A stretch of 45,089 nucleotides of DNA, filler included, from Catajapyx aquilonaris (Eukaryota), in assembly GCA_000934665.2 (NCBI GenBank). It is 2 parts of 2 records of this genome, joined end to end, with 100 filler letters (N's around TTAATTAATTAA, not from the genome) between each part and the next. Parts side by side here need not be neighbours in the genome. Positions count along the whole stretch, not along the records: positions 1 to 22,497 come from JYFJ02005869.1; 1 more part is not named here. One strand, given 5' to 3'. Positions 1 through 11,772 of this stretch are shown here, one piece after another. Under the pieces are notes generated by a model. The model searched no databases, had not been told where the DNA came from, and saw only the letters and a program-made list of their open reading frames with translations. Numbering within the stretch: the first letter of the stretch is position 1; each line of letters opens with the position of its first letter. The position numbers and the translations under genes are program-made.

Positions 1-175
1 GACGGGGCAGACACCAGAGAGGGTTCTCCCATGAAGGTCAAGGGTGAAATCTGGGAACAGCTGGGTCACCGTCGTGGCAGTTGAGTCGATCTCTACTATT
101 AGAGGCTCCCCATTGTTGCAGAAGAAGCAGGTTGATGAGAGTGAGAAGGTGTCCGTATCCGCCACCAGCTTGTAT
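1..175 (-). CDS. Divergent ionotropic receptor copy A1, coding exon 2 (partial, continues off the left edge)
   Basis: After ttcag acceptor (176-177) reads (R)YKLVADTDTFSLSSTCFFCNNGEPLIVEIDSTATTVTQLFPDFTLDLHGRTLSGVCPV with no stop; near-identical to 7756-7930, which continues into clear iGluR/IR S1-M1-pore-M2 motifs. Confidence 0.8.
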
Positions 176-1962
176 CTGAATTTAAAATGGCCTTTAAAAC
201 TTTTAAAACTAGCATGAAATTAAAGACTTCAAGTCCATGATATACCTAAGGTATTACTTGAGTTACAATAAGTTAAACAGCTTTCAGCAACGAAAATGAA
301 AGTCATGCAGCCTACCAAAACTGGGCAAAACTGAAAAGCAATATCTACAAGATTTCGTAGTATCACCAAGGCTTTTCATTGGCCCTCACTCTGCACCTGC
401 GCATTGGGTGGCGGCAGCGCCTCTGGTGGGTGGATAATATATTGTACAAATCTAATATTATATCTGCTAGGCACTGAGGGAGTGGCCACAAAATGCAACA
501 GAAACGGTCATTCTTCTTAACAGAACTATAAGAGAACAGCGGCAGGTCACCAGCCTTGGGCTCGATAAAGGTCAATGAGCAAAAGACACCCCCTTAACAG
601 GCCATCCATAATAATCACCATGTACCTTACCCGCTGCCATCCTCGGAATTCGGTCAGAATTTAGTCCCAATATCTTTAGATATGCCAGTAGTGGTCTTAA
701 AGTGGGGAATAGGCCTTTAGAAGAAGTAGGCAACCTGTAAACCCATCCATGAAGGCAGCACATTTTATTTCTTGCAAGTCATGGAATCTCAGATCAAAAT
801 GCATGCAATTATATTATAGGCAGTTTTTGAAATGTGTAGTTAACCGTTTTTCTAGTTATGGCCTAATTTAAAAGCCTGACTTATTCCCTCGACACACGCC
901 TGTGTTTGTTCTTCGTACATTGATAATACAGTAATTAAGAATTCCATTGAGTACTTCGTGTCTATTGGCTTAGTCCCATTCGATTTGTGAGAGGTATAAT
1001 AATTCAACAAACACATTGACGGAAAGGTCACGTTTTCTCGTGTGCAAATAAAGACACCGGATTAGAGCAAATAACGGCAACCACTTATTACCCTAGCAAA
1101 TAAAACACAGCAGATAAGACCACGGAGGAAATATTTACGAAGACATTTCCTAACAGGCCAAGTCAAGCACAAATTATTCTTGCATCTTGACTCTCCATAT
1201 TACGTGAAAAATTGAAGTTCTGGGGGGACGATCACGGTACACCTCACTGACCTCAGGTGAAACTAAGATATTCCAATAATTTTAAATCCCATAAGGCTCC
1301 ATTTTAAGTCCCACTTTCGGGGCCTTCCATTGTGGCATGATCATTACTCAGTCAGTCAGTCAGTCAGCTTTATTTATTACATTTATTTACATCATGATCA
1401 TTACTCCACAACCACTTACAAACCATCATATTAATCTACACTAGTGAAAGTGTCTTCTGAGATATGTAACTCATTTTTGACAAAAAGTAGACCTTGATCG
1501 TTCTTCTCCCGAGGTCTTCAATTGCAATTATCACTCGTACACTATTATGTTTATTATCCAGAATTTTCCTTGCATTTTTTCTATCTAGGCCGCCGACACA
1601 GAAAAAAGAGGGATGGGAAGGAGGATTACTTCATAATATTATTATATTGTTTTACAAGTAATTTGAACACGTCTATACCCTTCACTCTCAACAATAGTAG
1701 CTAAAAACTAGTGACCTTATACCTTATTACTGTCAAGTAAAAATATTTAGCCGGTATTATTTTCATATAATTAATTAGGAACAGAACGTAGGCACAATCA
1801 CTGTCACAACTTGTATACAAATGCTGTGAATCGGACATTTTACATATATTTTGCTGAAAACTATTGAAGTCCTCATGGCGTTGCATAACAAGCATCGTTT
1901 CTTTTAGAGTATGTAACAGCAATTAGCAAGATGCCGGGAATTAATATGAAACTCGCACGCAC

Positions 1963-2480
1963 CTGAGGATGCGTGAGTGTCGGTGAGTGAGGATCTTGTC
2001 CTGGCCACCATTCCTGGTGAAGAAGATGAAGCGATGCTGACGGGTGTTGAGAAGGACAGTCGCTGCAGTTCTTTCCATCAAAGGTTCGAAGTTCTCGTGA
2101 CGAAGGAAGAAGACAAAGAAGGTGCAGTGAGCAGGAGGATGGGCGGTCGGAAGATGCAACCAGTCGAACCAGTAGGTCACAGCTGAGGTGTGGTTGACCT
2201 TGGGGTCATCAGTAATCTTAGTGACACTTTCAGCTTCAGAGTGATCAAGTCTAATGGGAAGAATCATGCGACCTTTCTCCGAAATCACGTTGAGCCATTG
2301 ACTGAGATGAAGAGGAAGAATGGAGTGATCGTGAGCCAGGACAACCATGCAGGATGACTCCAGCTGCGATTCAATCCTCCCCAGCAGGGTGACCGCGTCA
2401 TGCACCGAATCAGATGCCTCAAAAAATGCTTTGACTGCTATGTTGGTCAGCTGCAGTAATGTGATCCACAGCTTGGCCAT
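1963..2480 (-). CDS. Divergent ionotropic receptor copy A1, coding exon 1 (signal peptide and N-terminal region)
   Basis: Open frame MAKLWITLLQLTNIAVKA... to ...HSRIL(R), ending at AG|GTGCGT in phase 2, which matches the phase of the exon at 175. Same exon layout as the paralog at 4460-3931/3770. Confidence 0.7.
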
Positions 2481-3127
2481 CCTCGCTAAAAAAATACTAA
2501 CTTGTATGTGCTCCTGTTGGGAAATGATGCCCGGTGTGTCTGGTACAGTACTGTACTACGAAGTACGACGAAGTCAATAAATATGCGAAATAAAACTGTG
2601 GCAAATGGGGTTGAGGCCACCAGGATATGAAAGGGAATAGGCTGTTGTTGTGTACATTTTTAATATTGTGTAAATACAGTATACCGTAATTTAGAGTCAA
2701 ACTCAAACAGAAACCACTGTGTTTAGGCACGCATTAATGAGCAAGTAATTTGTTTAAAATACTACATATTTGCGCAATTTCATTTGAAAGAATATTCTAT
2801 TGATTCTGGAGGACATTTTTTCTGGAAAACCTGCATAATTATGACGTAAGAATATTGCTTACGTAATAGCTACTTCTACTATACTGTAAGGCAACACATT
2901 ATTACTTGTGCAACTTTTGATTATATTCTAGGCATCTAGGGTGTGTTTCTATTGATATTATTTAAACCGCTGCAAAACACTGAAATGTAGCTCGGATTAT
3001 GCATACTTTACAGTGGTCTACATCGTGTAATAATTTATCAGCAATGTTTACTTTAGAAAAAATAGCTTGTAATTATGCTATTACGTCAAAGTGGATACAG
3101 TCATGTGCAATTTCGGATATGGAATCT

Positions 3128-4460
3128 TCAGTTTTGTCGGCCAGACGCGCGACGTTGCTTCTCTTGAAATACAAATTCGTTCAAAAATAATAAAATGGCG
3201 CCAACGTATGTTATGAATATGCCGTAGATCAACCCTTTCATCTGATTGAAATTCAAAGCCATTCGAAGGTACCGGCAGCAAGTAGTGCTGGTTTCTAGCT
3301 CTGTTCACCTGATCCACGTAAATATTTTCCAAAAAATACTTCTTATAAAATAAGCTAGCAAATCCATGTCTTCCATGCAGAGCAGTATTCGATCTATCCG
3401 AGGCTTGAGGATGTCATGTTTGGAGAATACCATAGCGATGTATAGTTTGGTGTAGATGTTTATCGCTTCGAATGGTAGGGTTTCCGGTCATGTCCAAGAA
3501 TTTGTAGGCCGCCCCGGTCAGGTACATCATTTCTCCCAAGCACGTGTTGTCTTCGTAGACATCTGACCTGTGATCTCCTTGTCAGTTAGTATTTTTAACA
3601 GAGACACTCCCATCAGGTGTTTTCCGTGCAAATCAATCGTGCAATCAGGAAACAATTGATTAATCTCCCCAACATTCTGATCGATCTCAATAATGCGCGG
3701 ATGTCCTCCGTCGCAATAAACGCAGTTGGACCACAAGGCGTATGTTTCCACGTCCACCACTAGTTTGTACCTGCAACAATATTTGTCATAATTATAGGGA
3801 CAAGAACATCCAAGGTCTTGAAAACAACAGACTGAAGTGAATATCTAGAACGAATTCTGGTCATAATCGTGTTTGTTGCACAATCAGCTAGAATGTCTTT
3901 TCAGTGATTTTAATTAATATTATCACTCACCTGAGTACATCTGAGTGTTGGTGAGTGAGAACTATGTCCTGGCCGCCATTTCTGGTGAAGAAGAGGAAGT
4001 GGTGCAGACGGGTGTTGAGGAGGACACTGGCTACCGTGTTCTCGATCAGTGACTCCAAGTTTTGGTGACGGAGAAAAAAGGCAAATAGTGTACAGTGAGC
4101 ATGATGTGTGGCACTGGGACGATGCAACCAGTCGAACCAGTATGAGATGGGTGCTGTGTATAGTTGACGTTGAGGTAATCAGGAATGTCGGTGACAATTT
4201 CAGCTTCAGACATGTCCAGTCGAATGTGCAAAATCATGCGTCCTTTTTCCGAAATCTTTTCGAGCCATTTGTTGAGATGAGGAGGAAGAAAATAGTAATC
4301 GTGAGCCAAGGCAATCATGCAGGATAACTCCAGCTGCGATTCAATCCTCTCCAGCAGGTTGACGTCTAGAGTTACATTTACGCCTATCACATAATATGTC
4401 CAAGGGTGCTTTGGCTGCAGTGTCTGTAAGCAGCAGGAAAGTGATGAAGGGCCTGAACAT
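3128..4460 (-). pseudogene. Ionotropic receptor paralog B1, pseudogene with frameshifts and a large internal deletion
   Basis: ATG 4460 MFRPFITFLLLTDTAAKA; exon 1 is split over several frames (ORFs 4046-4552 and 3927-4127), donor at 3930, acceptor at 3771. Exon 2 YKLVVDVETY...LHGKHLMGVS jumps to late-S2 sequence (...VFSKHDILKPRIDRILL) and the last TM QMKGLIYGIFITYVGAILLFLNEF..*; S1, M1, pore and M2 are absent. Confidence 0.75.
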
Positions 4461-5164
4461 CTTAACCAAAAACATGTGTCCCTTTCTTCGTCCAAGGTGA
4501 TCTCGACAACGGCTGGTGAAGTGGTCAGTTGAGTTAGAATGGACGCTGACAAATGATATTATAAGCCTTTTACGGAAATGTATGAGATATTTTTTTGTTA
4601 TTTATTGGTAAACTATTTTCTGGAGTCTATTCTATGCCATTATCCCAATGTAACAGGGAGAAGGCGGTTTGTTTATTTATAAATATACAATGACCTGAAG
4701 TTCATCGCTAGAAGCACTGGCATATTCAGCCATTGAATTGTAAGAATGAGTCTCCATAGAGGCTGTTTACCTCCGGTAGATAATGTATTTTTTTTGCATG
4801 CAATTTTAAAGCACACCCGGCAATTTTAAATCTGCGGTTGTTATACGGCAATGAAAGCAAAAATATTTTCCATCCAAGTGGGTCGGGTAAGACTGTAATA
4901 TTTTAAGAAGCTAGTTTACCAGTTCGACTGTGACTGAATTGGAATAAGCAATATTTTATTCTCCATTTTAATAATTTCAATTTTGTTTTCGAAGTACACT
5001 CTTTGTGGTAATGTTCTTTTCTTAATCTGGATTAAAATGACACATTCTGGTCACTTGTTACAATCATGTATAAAATTACATCACAACGTTATGAATTTGA
5101 AATAAAGAATGATGAAAAATTAATATAAGTTGGCACACCATTGCATTCTGTAAGACGTAGGACC

Positions 5165-5236
5165 TACAGGCTCCCCATTGCTGCAGAAAAAGCAGGTTGA
5201 TGAGAGTGAGTAAGTGTTCGCATCCACCACAAGCTT
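5165..5236 (-). pseudogene. Isolated fragment of an IR exon-2 start
   Basis: Translates KLVVDANTYSLSSTCFFCSNGEPV, homologous to KLVADTDTFSLSSTCFFCNNGEPL; lies between two ~95-bp direct repeats (~5015-5110 and ~5250-5340). Confidence 0.7.
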
Positions 5237-6481
5237 ATGTATACTACTTTCTTCTCTTAATCTGGTATAAAATGACACATTCAGGTTACGTTCTAGAAGT
5301 AAAATTACATCTCAAGGTCATTCATTTGAAATAAAGAATTGAGAGGATCTCTGTGGAATTAAGAATTTCATTCGAAATATCCCCAGAAGATACCTGTAAG
5401 TTGTGGTGATGCCTTGGGTGATGCGCAGGTGTTGGAAAAATGGTAGTCACTTTGGTTTTTAAATAGCAATATGTTCAAGTTATTATTCAAAAGTTTTCTT
5501 TTTTACAATACTGGTTACATTAACAATATTACGAATTATTACAACTAACATTTGACATCCAAGGTGTGCGGCGATCGTGTCCTTCCGTACTCACGCTGTT
5601 TTTCTTAGGGACGGGCAGTACCCCGTCAGAGAAGGTAAGGTCACGGCCGCTTGTTTTGGGGATGGCAAGCTTCCATCAGAAGGGCACCGAAGCTGTCTGG
5701 CCAAAGATGACCGCATCAAGTACATCTCTACATTACTAACTCCGATTGGCTCCTGAGCGACACCGAGAAGAGCAAAAGAAAGAACATTCCAAATGTCTCG
5801 CGCTGCCCAAAATACCTTATGTCAGCAGGAGCAAGGCAAAAAGGAAGGAATGCAGGTTGGGATGAAGCAACGAAAAAGATAGGCAGCAATTAAACTTTGG
5901 AGGAATAATATGGACTAACACGGGGTCACACTGATCATCAGGTCATGACCCAGGGTCATCACAGAATGATGACAAATGATACATGGGAAATCGTTACGTA
6001 GGACATCATAATTATATCCTCCGGATAAGCTATACTTGAAGACGGTTTGCTGGAAAAAGTGCATAAGAGTGTGAATGTAAAGTGTGACAGGTCTACTGTA
6101 AATCGAAATAAAATTGGCAATCAACTGCTATACAGGTGTGAAAGTTGCAAAATTAAAGAGGTTTCTTGTCACGTCAGAGAGCTGCAGTGGTTTGCTAAAA
6201 TATGCAGGAATTTAATTTTAATGTTATAGCAATGGTAGATGTAACCCAGGATACATTCTACGGGTGCATGATATTGCTTAAATGGCACTTGATCGAATAA
6301 ACACTGGCAACCCTTCATTCACTCTGGGGTGTGAGGGCATTATAAGGCACAACCATATCAATTTCATTAAACGAACGTTCACAGTAGTTAATGATCTATG
6401 TCAATTGCTAATTATCCATCTCATTGTCCATTGGCATAATTTTGAACCTGCGATTTGTGAACCAGGAAACCAACTGCTCGG

Positions 6482-7028
6482 TTACGAAAACCAAAGTGAT
6501 GCATCCGTATAGCTAATGATTGTGCCCAAGAAAAGGCCTTTCATCTGGTTGAAATTCAGCGCAAGTGAAGGAGTTGGCAGCAGATATCGCCTGTTTCTGG
6601 CCTCAAACACTTTCATGTTGTACACTACGTCTAGGTTGTAGTTTTTGTTATAGTCCAGACAACCAGACGCCTCCATGCGCAGAAGAATACAATCAAACCT
6701 CGGCAAGAGGATGTCGTGCTTAGAAAACACAGCTGCGAACATAAACTTGGTCGCCGTGACATCCACCCAGGAGAAGGGCAAATTGCCAGCCATATCCAGA
6801 TGTTCATAAGCCGCCTCCATGATGAAGAACGAGGCACTGATGCAGGAAAAGTCCTCGATTAGGGTCTCCAACACGCATTCCTCCTGAGTCTCTCTCATCT
6901 CTATGAGGTCAGCCAGTCTTCTGTGGCTCTCGTAATCCGACTCCGCCAACAGGGCCTGGGCCATTATCCCATGTAGAGCCAGGCTCCCCCACTTCCATCC
7001 AGGTCGTGTTGTCAAATCCTCAATGTCC
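6482..7028 (-). CDS. Ionotropic receptor copy A2, exon 3 (S2 lobe and last TM); probable frameshift near 6500
   Basis: 71-nt intron 7029-7099 (gtacga...tttcag) joins in phase; DIEDL...WKWG...FAAVFSKHDILLPRFDCILLRMEASG...LNFNQMKGLF are typical IR S2/M3 motifs. Confidence 0.8.
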
Positions 7029-7099
7029 CTGAAACACAAGATGGTCATCTGCACTGAGTATGTGACTTTTACAGAAGTTATTATTTTAAACTGTCGTAC

Positions 7100-7930
7100 C
7101 TGGGAAGTATCTCATGAGTCGGGTTGGCCAGGAACCCGATGAGCTTGGCCGTGTATCCACAGGTGATGACCACAGCGAATGTCCACCAGAGAGAGAGGAA
7201 CATCCTGGCAGAGTGTGACCTCGGGGCAAGGTTTGGGTTCTCCTCGATCAGGGTCAGGAGGACATAGGTCAGGGAGTAAGGGAAGAGGGGAGGGGAGGGC
7301 TTGGGGAAGGGGGAGGTGACCTTCTTGGTGGTGACCAGGAGGAGAAGCCAGAGGAAGAGGCTTCCGATGATGCAAGAAATGGCGATCAGGAGCCACATTC
7401 CACTGGTGTAGGGTCGGATTATCACGTCCCAGGAGTCGACTATTCGCGGCTGGCGGAAGAGTAAGGTTCCGTACGAGGTGAAGTAAGGGTAACCATATTC
7501 TACCACTTCCATAGGGGTGATGAATGTCACGGTGACAGGAACGAAGTCGCATTCTCCGTACAGCAATGCCCCTACTACTCCTATCCACGTTCCGTCGTCC
7601 ATCTTTGGGTCGATGGACACCGCATTATCCATTGCTGTCACTCGCAAGTCGAAATTCATGAAGGTGCTCAAATCCAAACACATGAGCTCAAACACGAAGA
7701 GATTTCTCCTCTCGAAGAACCGCTGCAAGATTGTGTCGTGATCCCCTTCCAAATCGACGGGGCAGACACCAGAGAGGGTTCTCCCATGAAGGTCAAGGGT
7801 GAAATCTGGGAACAGTTGGGTCACCGTCGTGGCATTTGACTCGATTTCTACTATTAGAGGCTCCCCATTGTTGCAGAAGAAGCAGGTTGATGAGAGTGAG
7901 GAGGTGTCCGTATCCGCCACCTGCTTGTAT
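7100..7930 (-). CDS. Ionotropic receptor copy A2, exon 2 (S1, M1, pore, M2)
   Basis: 831-nt open exon with WIGVVGALLYGECDF, YPYFTSYGTLLFRQP, IIRPYTSGMWLLI, PRSHSARMFLSLWWTFAVVITCGYTAKLIGFL (SYTANLAAF-like); ttcag acceptor and AG|gtacga donor. Confidence 0.85.
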
Positions 7931-8603
7931 CTGAATTTGAAATGGACATTGGGACTTTAAAACTAGTGTGAAATTAAAGTCCTTGATATGTTACTTGAGT
8001 TACAAGTGTAAACATGTTTCAACAACAAAAATGAAAGTCATGTACCCAAACGGAAGAGCAATATCTTGATTACTAAAATAGTAACAAAGGTCTTATGACT
8101 AAGACTTTCCATTGGCCCCCACTCTGCACCTGCGCAATGGTGGAGGCAGCACCACTGGTGGGTGGAAAAAGGGGAACTTTTCATTTGCCCCCGCCCTGCT
8201 CAGGGTCACCTCCATGAGTGCCTCCCTCACCTAGAGGCTAGGGTGGGGGAGGCAACCATGTAGGGGACCCTGGCCCTGCTCCCCTCCCACCCATCCGCTG
8301 CATCCCCTCAACCTCCCCTTCCTTCTCTCGCAAACCACTCCTGCGCCTGCGCGGACATCGACCGTTCCAAACAGTCAGTTGCGTTAACACGTTGAAGGCA
8401 AGGTCACGTTTTCTCGTGTCCAAATAAAGAGAGCGGATTAGAGCAAATAACGGCAACCACTTATTAGTCTTATTACACAAGCAAATAAAACGCAGCAGAT
8501 AAGACCACTGAGGAAATTATTCACGAAGACAATGCCTATATCAGGCCAAGGCCAAGTCAAACTCTTTGCAAATGTCAGTGTCATATTTATTCTTGCCCCT
8601 CGG

Positions 8604-8860
8604 GACCTCGGGAGAAGAACGATCAAGGTCCACCTCAGGTGAAACTAAGATAATTATGCCAATTTCAATTATCGAAGGACCATAAGACTCAATTTTCAAT
8701 ACCACTGTCGGGGTCTTCCATTGTGACATACGATCATTTCTCCACAACCACGACCAAACCATCATATTCTATACAATAGTGAAAGTATCTTCTGACAATG
8801 ATGAGATATGTAACTCATTTTTGACAAAAAGTGGACTTTGACCGTTCTTCCGCCGAGGTC
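8604..8860. mobile_element. Small TIR element (MITE) in IR intron 1; copies at ~1212-1520 and a left-end copy at ~33798-33860
   Basis: gacctcgggagaagaacgatcaaggtccac ... gtggactttgaccgttcttccgccgaggtc inverted ends; the same left end recurs in the calcineurin B intron. Confidence 0.65.
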
Positions 8861-9321
8861 TTTTCAATTGCAACATACTCGTACACTATAATATTTATTA
8901 CCCAGAATTTTCCTCGCATTTTTCTGCCTAGGAGGACAGAAAAAAGAGGGACGGGAAGGAGTAGTAAATCTGACTTCCTAATTATTGTATTGTTTTACAT
9001 GTAATCTGAACATGTCTATACCCTTCACTGTCAACAATAGTAGCTAAAAACTACTGACCTTATTACTGTCAAGTAAAAAAATATTTAGCCGGTATTATTT
9101 TCATATAATTAATTAGGAACAGAACATAGGCACAATCACTGTCACAACTTGTACAAATGCAGTGAATCGGACATTTTACATAGGCTATTATATATATTTT
9201 TAAAATATTTTGCTGAAAACTTTTGAAGTCCTCATGGCGTTGCATAACAAGCATCGTTTCTTTTACAGTATGTAACAGCAATTAGCAAGATGCCGGGAAT
9301 TAATATGAAACTCGCACGCAC

Positions 9322-9846
9322 CTGAGGATGCGTGAGTGTCGGTGACTGAGGATCTTGTCCTGGCCACCATTCCTGGTGAAGAAGATGAAGCGATCATGAC
9401 GGGTGTTGAGAAGAACAGTCGCTGCAGTTTTCTCCATCAAAGGTTCGAAGTTCTCGTGACGAAGGAAGAAGACAAAGAAGGTGCAGTGAGCAGGAGGATG
9501 GGCGGTCGGAAGATGCAACCAGTCGAACCAGTAGGTCACAGCTGAGGTGTGGTTGACCTTCGGGTCATCAGGAACCTCGGTGACACTTTCAGCTTCTGAG
9601 TGGTCAAGTCGGATGGGAATAATTATTCTTCCTTTCTCCGAAATAATTTTGAGCCATTGGCTGAGATGAGGAGGAAGAGTGGAGTGATCGTGAGCCAAGA
9701 CAATCATGCAGGATAATTCCAGCTGCGATTCAATCATCTCCAGGATGGTGACCGCTTCATGCACCGAATCGGATACCGGGTACCTCAAAAAATGCTTCGA
9801 CTGCTACGTTGGTCAGCAGCAGAAATGTGATCCACAGCTTGGCCAT
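9322..9846 (-). pseudogene. Ionotropic receptor copy A2, exon 1, disrupted by a 7-nt insertion
   Basis: ATG 9846 MAKLWITFLLLTNVAVEAFFE; plus-strand ggataccgggtacctc here versus agatgcctc in copy A1 gives +7 nt and an early TGA. The rest (ORF 9300-9788) is highly similar to A1 exon 1 with the same donor. Confidence 0.75.
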
Positions 9847-10329
9847 CCTCACTAAAAATACTAACTTGTATGTGCTCCTGTTGACAAATGATGCCCGGTG
9901 TGTCTGGTATACAGTACTGTACTATACAGTCAATAAATATGCGAAATAAAACTGTGGCAAATGGGGTTGAGACCACCAGGATATGAAAAGGAATATGCTG
10001 CTGTTGTGTACATTTTTAATATTGTGGAAATATAGTATATACCGTATAATTTAGAGTCAAAGTCAAACAGAAACCACTGATGTGTTTAGGCACGCATTAA
10101 CAGACCAAGTAATTTGTTTGAAATCCTACATATTTGCGCAATTTCATTTGATAGATTATTCTATTGATTCTGGAGGAAATTTTATCTGGAAAACCTGCAT
10201 AATTATGACGTAGGAATATTGATTACGTAATAGACTCTAACTTCTACTACTGTATGGCAACACATTCTTACTTGTGAAACTTTTGATTACATTCTATAGG
10301 CATCTAGGGTGTGTTTCTATGGGTGTATA

Positions 10330-10522
10330 TAGCGGCGTAGCCAGGAAATTATGTGAGGGAAGAACGAAGAGACCCGCCGCAGGCAAAAAAAATTATGCTG
10401 TTAAAGCTCGCACAAGCTACAATATTTGCGCATATGCGTTTTGACACCCGGAAATTGCGGATTGAAACTATATTTTTTGGGTCCAGGGGGGGGGGGGGTA
10501 CCCTCCCCTGCCTGCGCCACTG
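10330..10522. mobile_element. hAT-like non-autonomous element, absent from the other duplicate
   Basis: Ends tagcggcgtagc ... cctgcgccactg; degenerate 8-bp flanks ggtgtata/gctgcata; not present at the equivalent site near 2950. Confidence 0.6.
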
Positions 10523-10699
10523 GCTGCATACAATATTCTATTTATATTACTTAAACCGTTGCAAACCACGAAACTGTAGCTCGGATTATGCCTACTTTAC
10601 AGTGGTCTACATCGTGTAATAAGTAATGTTTACTTTAGAAAACGTAGCTTGTAATTATGCTATTACGTCAAAGTGGATACAATCATGTGCAATTTCGGA

Positions 10700-10844
10700 T
10701 AAGGAATCTTGAGTTTTGTCGGCCCGACGCGCGACGCTGCTTCTCTTGATAAACAAATACGCTCAAAAATAATAAAATTGCGCCAACGTATATGATGAAT
10801 ATGCCCTAGATCAGCCCTTTCATCTGATTGAAATTCAAAGCCAT
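10700..10844 (-). pseudogene. 3' fragment of a second B-type IR (last TM and tail), truncated
   Basis: Near copy of ~3110-3262: ALNFNQMKGLI*GIFIIYVGAILLFLSVFVYQEKQRRASGRQN with TAC>TAG; homology stops abruptly at ~10844. Confidence 0.7.
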
Positions 10845-11400
10845 CGACGGTACTGTATACAGTCATTAGCCGTCTCTGATTGTTGTTGTTGTTGCTGTTG
10901 TTGTTGTTGTTTTTTCGTCGGCGACGGCGCGCCTTTCCTAGCTGGTAACCCCGTCCGGCGGGCCAATTCAAACACCAGCATATGGAGAGTGCTTATGGCG
11001 TTCTTTCCATTGTTGCCACTCTTTACAAACCGAGTGAGTGACGCGGGCGACCCAAAGACGGGTCTCGGCCTGCTTACACATCAGTAGCAAGGGATACCCA
11101 GGGAAAAACGGGGCAATAATGATGTTAGAAGCAAGTCATTTTGGGAAAATGTATCATACGTTCCCTGCTGGACTCAAAGAAATGATTTCGTCCACAGCAC
11201 ACGAAATATATTCCATCCCTGAGGAGGGGGGTGTTAATTAAGATAAGGGGTATGCTAATTCAATGGATATACCATGTATAGGCTATGTCAGAAACGCGTC
11301 TGTCTGGTCATTTGTCCCCATAAGATGTCATATTTCAAAAGGGCCTCCCCATTATACGAGTACGTGTCATTCGTGTTCAACTGTCATATTCGCGCCAGGA

Positions 11401-11772
11401 AGTTAATTGCGCACCTCAGTTATCTCGGGCGTTTATAATCCGAATTACTTCGCGAATGTATATCGACGGCAAGCCAAGAATGTGCGTGATAAAATCACAC
11501 CGTGTTCTGTTACACTAAAAATTTTAAACGCAATTAAAAGAATCGCTGTCTATTCCCGCCAGAAAGCGGGCTTGGTACTTGCGTCTCATTAAACTTACTA
11601 AATTAATACTTTAAAATTTTTTAGTGTAAAGGCCATTTCACAAAAAAATGTCGCGCGGCAAACGGCGCGACTTGCGGCAAATTTTTATTTATATTTATTG
11701 TTGCCAATTGTTGGCAACAATAAAATTTGCCGCAAGTCGNACGGCCGAGATAACTGAGGTGTCCAATTAACT
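11401..11772. mobile_element. Inverted-repeat element containing a truncated Harbinger-like hairpin
   Basis: agttaattgcgcacctcagttatctcgggcgt versus acggccgagataactgaggtgtccaattaact; internal ggccatttcaca start and cgacttgcggcaaattt/aaatttgccgcaagtcg hairpin, interrupted by an N at 11740. Confidence 0.5.

Larger units (their letters stand above)
7756..10844. repeat. Tandem segmental duplication, counterpart of positions 1-~3262
   Basis: Collinear high similarity in exons, introns and intergenic DNA (e.g. 1680-2980 vs 9020-10320), differing by indels and insertions. Confidence 0.9.

Noticed and set aside
8238..8765. Minus-strand ORFs 8541-8765, 8438-8626 and 8238-8480 as an alternative IR first exon
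   Set aside because: Much of it is a TIR element (8604-8860) whose end recurs in the CanB intron. The true exon 1 (9322-9846) already splices in phase to exon 2, and the faint LYLDTRK similarity is not enough.
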